A stretch of 63,065 bases of DNA, counting the filler, from Octopus bimaculoides (taxonomy: Eukaryota), in the NCBI RefSeq assembly GCF_001194135.2. It is 9 parts of 9 records of this genome, joined end to end, with 100 filler letters (N's around TTAATTAATTAA, not from the genome) between each part and the next. Parts side by side here need not be neighbours in the genome. Positions count along the whole stretch, not along the records: positions 58,122 to 63,065 come from NC_069006.1; 8 more parts are not named here. One strand, given 5' to 3'. The notes under the pieces are model-generated. The model ran no database searches. It saw nothing but the letters and a program-made list of their open reading frames with translations, and was not told the DNA's origin. Made by a program: the position numbers and the translations under genes. Positions 58,122-63,065 of this stretch are shown piece by piece; the first letter of the stretch is position 1; every line of letters begins with the position of its first letter.

Positions 58122-59850
58122 ACGTACGTACGTACGTACGTACGTACGTATGTACGTACGTACGTACGTACGTACGTATGTACGTACGTACGTAGGTACG
58201 TACGTACGTAGGTACGAACGTAGGTACGAACATACGTACGAACGTAGGTACGAACATACGTACGTACGAACGTACGTACGTACGTTTGTTCGTTAAATCA
58301 TTCGTTCAATCGTTCGTATGTACGTACGTTCGTTCTTTCGTACGTACGTTGGATCGTTCGTTCATTCGTTACTTCATTCGTACGTACGTAAGTACGCTCC
58401 TTCGTTAGTTCGTACGTATGTACGTTCGTACGCATGCCCGTAGTTCGTTCGTATGTACGTTCCTTTGTACGTACGTTTGTTCGTTAAATCATTCGTTCGT
58501 TCGTACCTACGTACGTACGTTCGTACATACGTTCGTTCGTAGGTACGTTCTTAGGTTATTTCGTGCCTACTTTGTTACGTACGTTCGTTCTTTAGTTCGT
58601 ACGTACGTACGTTCGTGCTACGTATGTTCGTACTACGTACGATCTTACGTTCGTACTACGTACGATCGTACGTATGTACGCTCGTTCGTTCCTTCGTTCG
58701 ATCGTACGTACTTACGTTCTTTCTTACTTACGTTTGTACGTACGCACGTTCGTTTGATCATTCGTACGTACGTTCTTTCATTTATTCATTCGTTTGATCG
58801 TTTGTTTGTACGTACGTTCGACCGTTTGATCGTTCATTTATTCGTTTGTTCGTTATTTCGTTTGTACGTACGTAAGTACGCTCGTTCGTTAGTTCGTACG
58901 TGCGTAAGTTCATTCGTACTTACGTACGATTGTACGTAGTTCGTTCGTATGTACCTTCCTTCGTACGTACGTACGTTTGTTCGTTAAATCATTCGTTCGT
59001 TCGTTTGTCCGTTCGTTCGTTTGTCCGTACGTTCTTTCGTGCCTGCGTACGTACGTACGTTCGTTCATTGCTTCTTTCGTGCGTACGTACATTCATTTGT
59101 TCGTTCATTCGTGCCTACGTACGTACGTTCGTTCTACGTACTTTCCTGCGTTTGTTCGTACGTACGTTCTTTCGTCTGTTCGTACGTACGTACGTTCTTC
59201 CGTTATGTCGTACGTAGTTCGTTCGTTCGATCGTCAGCTCGTACGGACGTACATTCGTTGGTTCTTTCGTTCGTACGTAGGTTTGTTTGTTCGTTCATTC
59301 CTTCGTACGTACGTTCCTTCGTATAACGTACGTTCTTACGTGCCTACGTAGTTACGTTCCTTCGTTCGTACGTACGTACGTTCCTTCGTTCGTACGTATG
59401 TACGCTCGTTCGTTCGTACGTATGTACGCTCGTTCGTTCGTTTGATCATTCGTACGTACGTTCTTTCATTCGTCTGTTTGTACGTACGTTCACTCATTCA
59501 TTCGTACGTAAGTACGCTCGTTCACTCATTCATTCGTACGTAAGTACGCTCGTACGTAGTTCGTTAAATCATTCGTTCGTATGTACGGCTGAATGAATGA
59601 ACAAACGAACCTACGTACGAACATAAATATGCAGGATCGAACGTACGTAGTACGAACGAATGAACGAACGTACGTACGTAAGTTTGTTCGTACGTACTTA
59701 CGTTCATTCGTACGTACGAACGATTGAAATAAGAATTATAGAACAAGCGTACGAACGAACGAACGTAAGTACGTACGACCGTAAAAATGAACGAACGTAC
59801 GTACGTATGAACGAACTAACGAATGAACGTACGAACGATCGTACATATGA
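58122..59850. repeat. Degenerate (ACGT/TTCG)n CpG-rich satellite with higher-order motifs
   Basis: About 1.7 kb of TACG/TTCG/GAAC tetramers. Recurrent TTCGTTAAATCATTCGTTC at ~58289, 58480, 58980 and 59560. Confidence 0.95.
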
Positions 59851-59869
59851 ACGATCAATAACAAGTAGT

Positions 59870-59985
59870 GTCTTCCACAAACTGATCGCTGTTTGCTCTC
59901 CTTGATCTGCCGCTGTCTCGATATCCATGCTTGCGTTTCCAGAAAAGGAGATCGCTGGATATGTCACCCTTGCCTCTCCAATCAG
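59870..59985 (-). mobile_element. RTE-like LINE ORF C-terminal fragment
   Basis: SDLLFWKRKHGYRDSGRSRRANSDQFVEDT resembles the recalled RTE end LLW.PKHG.R..GRP..T..DQL.ED. Confidence 0.5.
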
Positions 59986-62900
59986 CAATCCAATCCATTC
60001 AGTTGATCAAAAGAAAATTTATCAACCGATAGGATGTCCATCATTGATAAACAACTATCTGCTGGAAAATATCAAATGTGATAGCGTTGACCGTGGTTGA
60101 GATTGAACTCAGAATAGCAACATTTAAAACCCCGTAAACAATTTTATTCTTCTGTCCGAATAGCCATGTTCTAAGGGACATAACTCAGTTCGTCAGACTT
60201 TTTAGATTCAGTCAGAAATTACATTTAGTGTTGTATTTCGATTATTAAAATGATGACAGCATAATCATCATCTCTCTCATTATACAGATTGAATGGAGAG
60301 TATCATATTGATGGCTGTGTGGTGAAGAGGCTTGATTAGCAACCACGTGGTTCCAGGTTCGAAACCCACTGCTTGGCACATATTTGGTAAGTATTTTTTC
60401 TATTATAACCTCTCGTTGATAACTTCTAAGTAAATGGCGGGTGTCTGTACACGCGAAAATTCATTGAGGATTCTTTTTTCACTACTGAACTTGTGTGACC
60501 TAGTGACTGAGGTGTTGCTCTCACGATCGCGGTTTCGATTCCTGGATCAGGCAGTATATTGTATTCTTAAGCAAAACACTTCATCTCACGTTGCTCCCGT
60601 GCATTCAGCTGTAAAATGAGTTTCAGCCACAGTTTAGAAATTAACATTGTGACAAACTGGCACTCCGTTCAGTGGAGGGGGCCGGGTATTGTAATCTCTG
60701 TCACTTATAAGCCATGGGAACAAAAATAAACCCCGGCTTTATGCTCCCTAAGATTCGTAAAAGGCCCAAGAAAGATAACAATTAGATGGAGTTATGTCCC
60801 TTGGTCTTAATATTCTGAGCCCAGTGAGATCGATGCTGTCAGCAATTCACTAAAACCCTTATTATTAATCAACCCCTGCAAGAAGGACATGAGCGGGAGA
60901 AAGTTCCAGACGGCCGAAAGCCTGAGGGTTGGGGTTTCTACACAATCTGAGTAATGGAAGAAGGGTGTCGTTTTTTAATACTTTATCTGATACTAAATAT
61001 ATGAAAAACAAATTTTATGACAATATTTGAAAGACACTCCAGTCTTGATGACCAACTAAAGATATCTCAGAAAAATACAGGTGTTTCAGAAATATGATGG
61101 ATTATTCTTGTGGTCCTAAACAAAAAGGACCATGGGCGCTAATGGGTTTAAAAAAGAAAAGTAATTTAATAACTGGACGAGACCCAATGAAATCGTCATC
61201 TGTTTCAATCACACACGTACAGTATAGACTAGCAGACATCCATCTATTATATGTGATAGGGGCTGTGTAATATATACTGTGGCTGAAAAACTTTGAAATT
61301 ATTCTAGCATTTAGAAGACAAAAAATAATTTCTTCTGAGATGGTTAAACTAAAAAACAAATAAAGGGAGATAATTCCAATAATTTAGTTGATATTTCGTA
61401 TGACTGGTCAAAAGACTCCATAACCTCGGTGGAATTTGAACTCAGAATGTAGCAGCAGACGAAATGCTGCTAAGACCTTCACCCCCCACCTTCCCTGTAC
61501 TAGTGATTCTGCCAGGTTGCCATGGGCTTTAACAGTTGTAGAGAATCACCAACAACTGTAACCATTTATTGGCAATTCCTTCCTACTCCTGGTGGATGAT
61601 ACCTTTGTACCACTCAAGTGACAACACTCCAACCCATGGGCCCCTAGAGTTTTCGTGGTCGTTGCTGGTAAGGGTCTTATGAGCTGGGGGGTGCAAATCC
61701 TGTCTCAACCTCTTTTAGTTGCCTTTTATGATACGCAGAGGACATCACAAACGGTAACAGAAAATGTGGGGGGAAAAAATAACACACATAATGCTAAAAA
61801 AAGCAAAAAAAAGGGGCGGGAGAAAACAAAATAAGAACAATCTAGGAAGAAGAATAAAGGTGTGAGGAGAAAATTAAAACTACAGGGTGATGGTGTAGAG
61901 GGAAGATTTATTTCAAAAACATATACAAAGTTGGTAAATTGAGAGAGAGAGATAGAAGACACAGAAACACGCATCTACATATGTAGAGGTAACTATACAT
62001 ACACACGTACATAGTAAGGCAAACAAACAATAACAAGTAGTGGGTGATTGAAGAGAAAGAGAGGGGAAAGACAGCAAAAAAAAAAAAAAAAAGGGATGGT
62101 GGTGGTGACTGTAGTGGGGGGAGCATACAACTAAAGACAATCATAAATTCAAGGAATGGTCCCAAAAACGTGTGTGTGTATGTGTGTGTGTGTGTATATA
62201 TATATCCATCTCTATGTTTAGATGTAGAGGAATATATATATATATATATATATATATGTCCCTCTATGTTTAGCCACCTCTGAGCAAGAAAGATATATAT
62301 ATATGTATATACACGTGGGTGTATAAATGGGAACAGTAAATGAAATTGTGAGCATGTATGTAAACATAATGATTTTAATGCATTGAAATTGTGCCTGGTG
62401 GGCCAGAATTCATTCTAGTTTCCAGGGCATTTAAATGACTGGGTTTGAAAGCCTTCTCCCCTGAACAGAATGCTAGTCCTTCGCAGGGTTAGCTCCCAGC
62501 TGCCACTGCTATTCCTGCTATTTAGCAGAGTGCTCTAAAGCAATGTTGAATGAAGGGTTTTGTTCTGTGTGTGGTCTGTTTTATAATTAATAAAGAAGTG
62601 AAAGCAGTCTTATACTAATGAGCATGATTTAACTCTTTAGCATTTAAACTGGCCATATCTGGCCTCTCACGCCTACCTTACAATGTCATTCCAAAAATAA
62701 ACACATCAAAATTTCAAAGCTACAAGATAAGTTGATTAATTGAAAACAATGCGAATAAGCAAGCATTATATTGGAGCATGTGAAAGCTAGTGTTAAACTG
62801 ACTATATCCAGCCCAAGTATAGTTGTTTTATGTTGAAATTGACCAGATCTGGCCTTTCATTCTAAAAACAAATGATCACATCAAAATCTCAAAACTATGA

Positions 62901-63065
62901 GAGAATGCAAGACTGATTAAAATTAATTGTCGTTAGTGAATGACAATAATATGGCAACCTGTAATCATGCTTTTGCTGGTTGTTTTTAGGTACCGTTTGG
63001 ACAGAGGACACTCTCTCGGTCCTTTCTATTCTTGACCTAGGGGGACACTGAACCATGTGACAGCT

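Noticed and set aside
58122-59850. CRISPR-like or coding interpretation of the periodic array
   Set aside because: There are no unique spacers or cas genes, the context is eukaryotic, and the ORFs are pure repeat translations.

Overview
Gap-rich, AT-rich animal genomic scaffold. The dense TA/CA/GATA/ATT microsatellites and the SINE/LINE repertoire suggest an octopus-like cephalopod draft assembly; this is an inference, no database search was run. Most ORFs in the supplied track are microsatellite or N artefacts. The only host coding sequence I can support is an 83-nt first exon of a drebrin-like/Abp1 (ADF-H) gene at 14944-15026 (+); I could not find its later exons. The rest is mobile DNA. 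It includes a structurally complete but decayed piggyBac (55803-57934, TTAA TSDs, TIRs, apparent 5' intron) and mariner, Tc1 and DD37D/maT fragments. There is also a Helitron Rep fragment and two HINE-like elements. Retroelements include Tx1/L1, CR1-like, RTE-like and R4/Dong-like LINE pieces, two Penelope-like fragments and at least three SINE families. Also present are a near-consensus minimal hammerhead ribozyme motif (24588-24635, -), a 1.7-kb CpG-rich (ACGT)n satellite that switches strand polarity, and a perfect 95-bp inverted repeat. Eight identical 100-nt N-TTAATTAATTAA-N pads are artificial joins, so contig order across them is uncertain. I see no convincing new multi-gene system.
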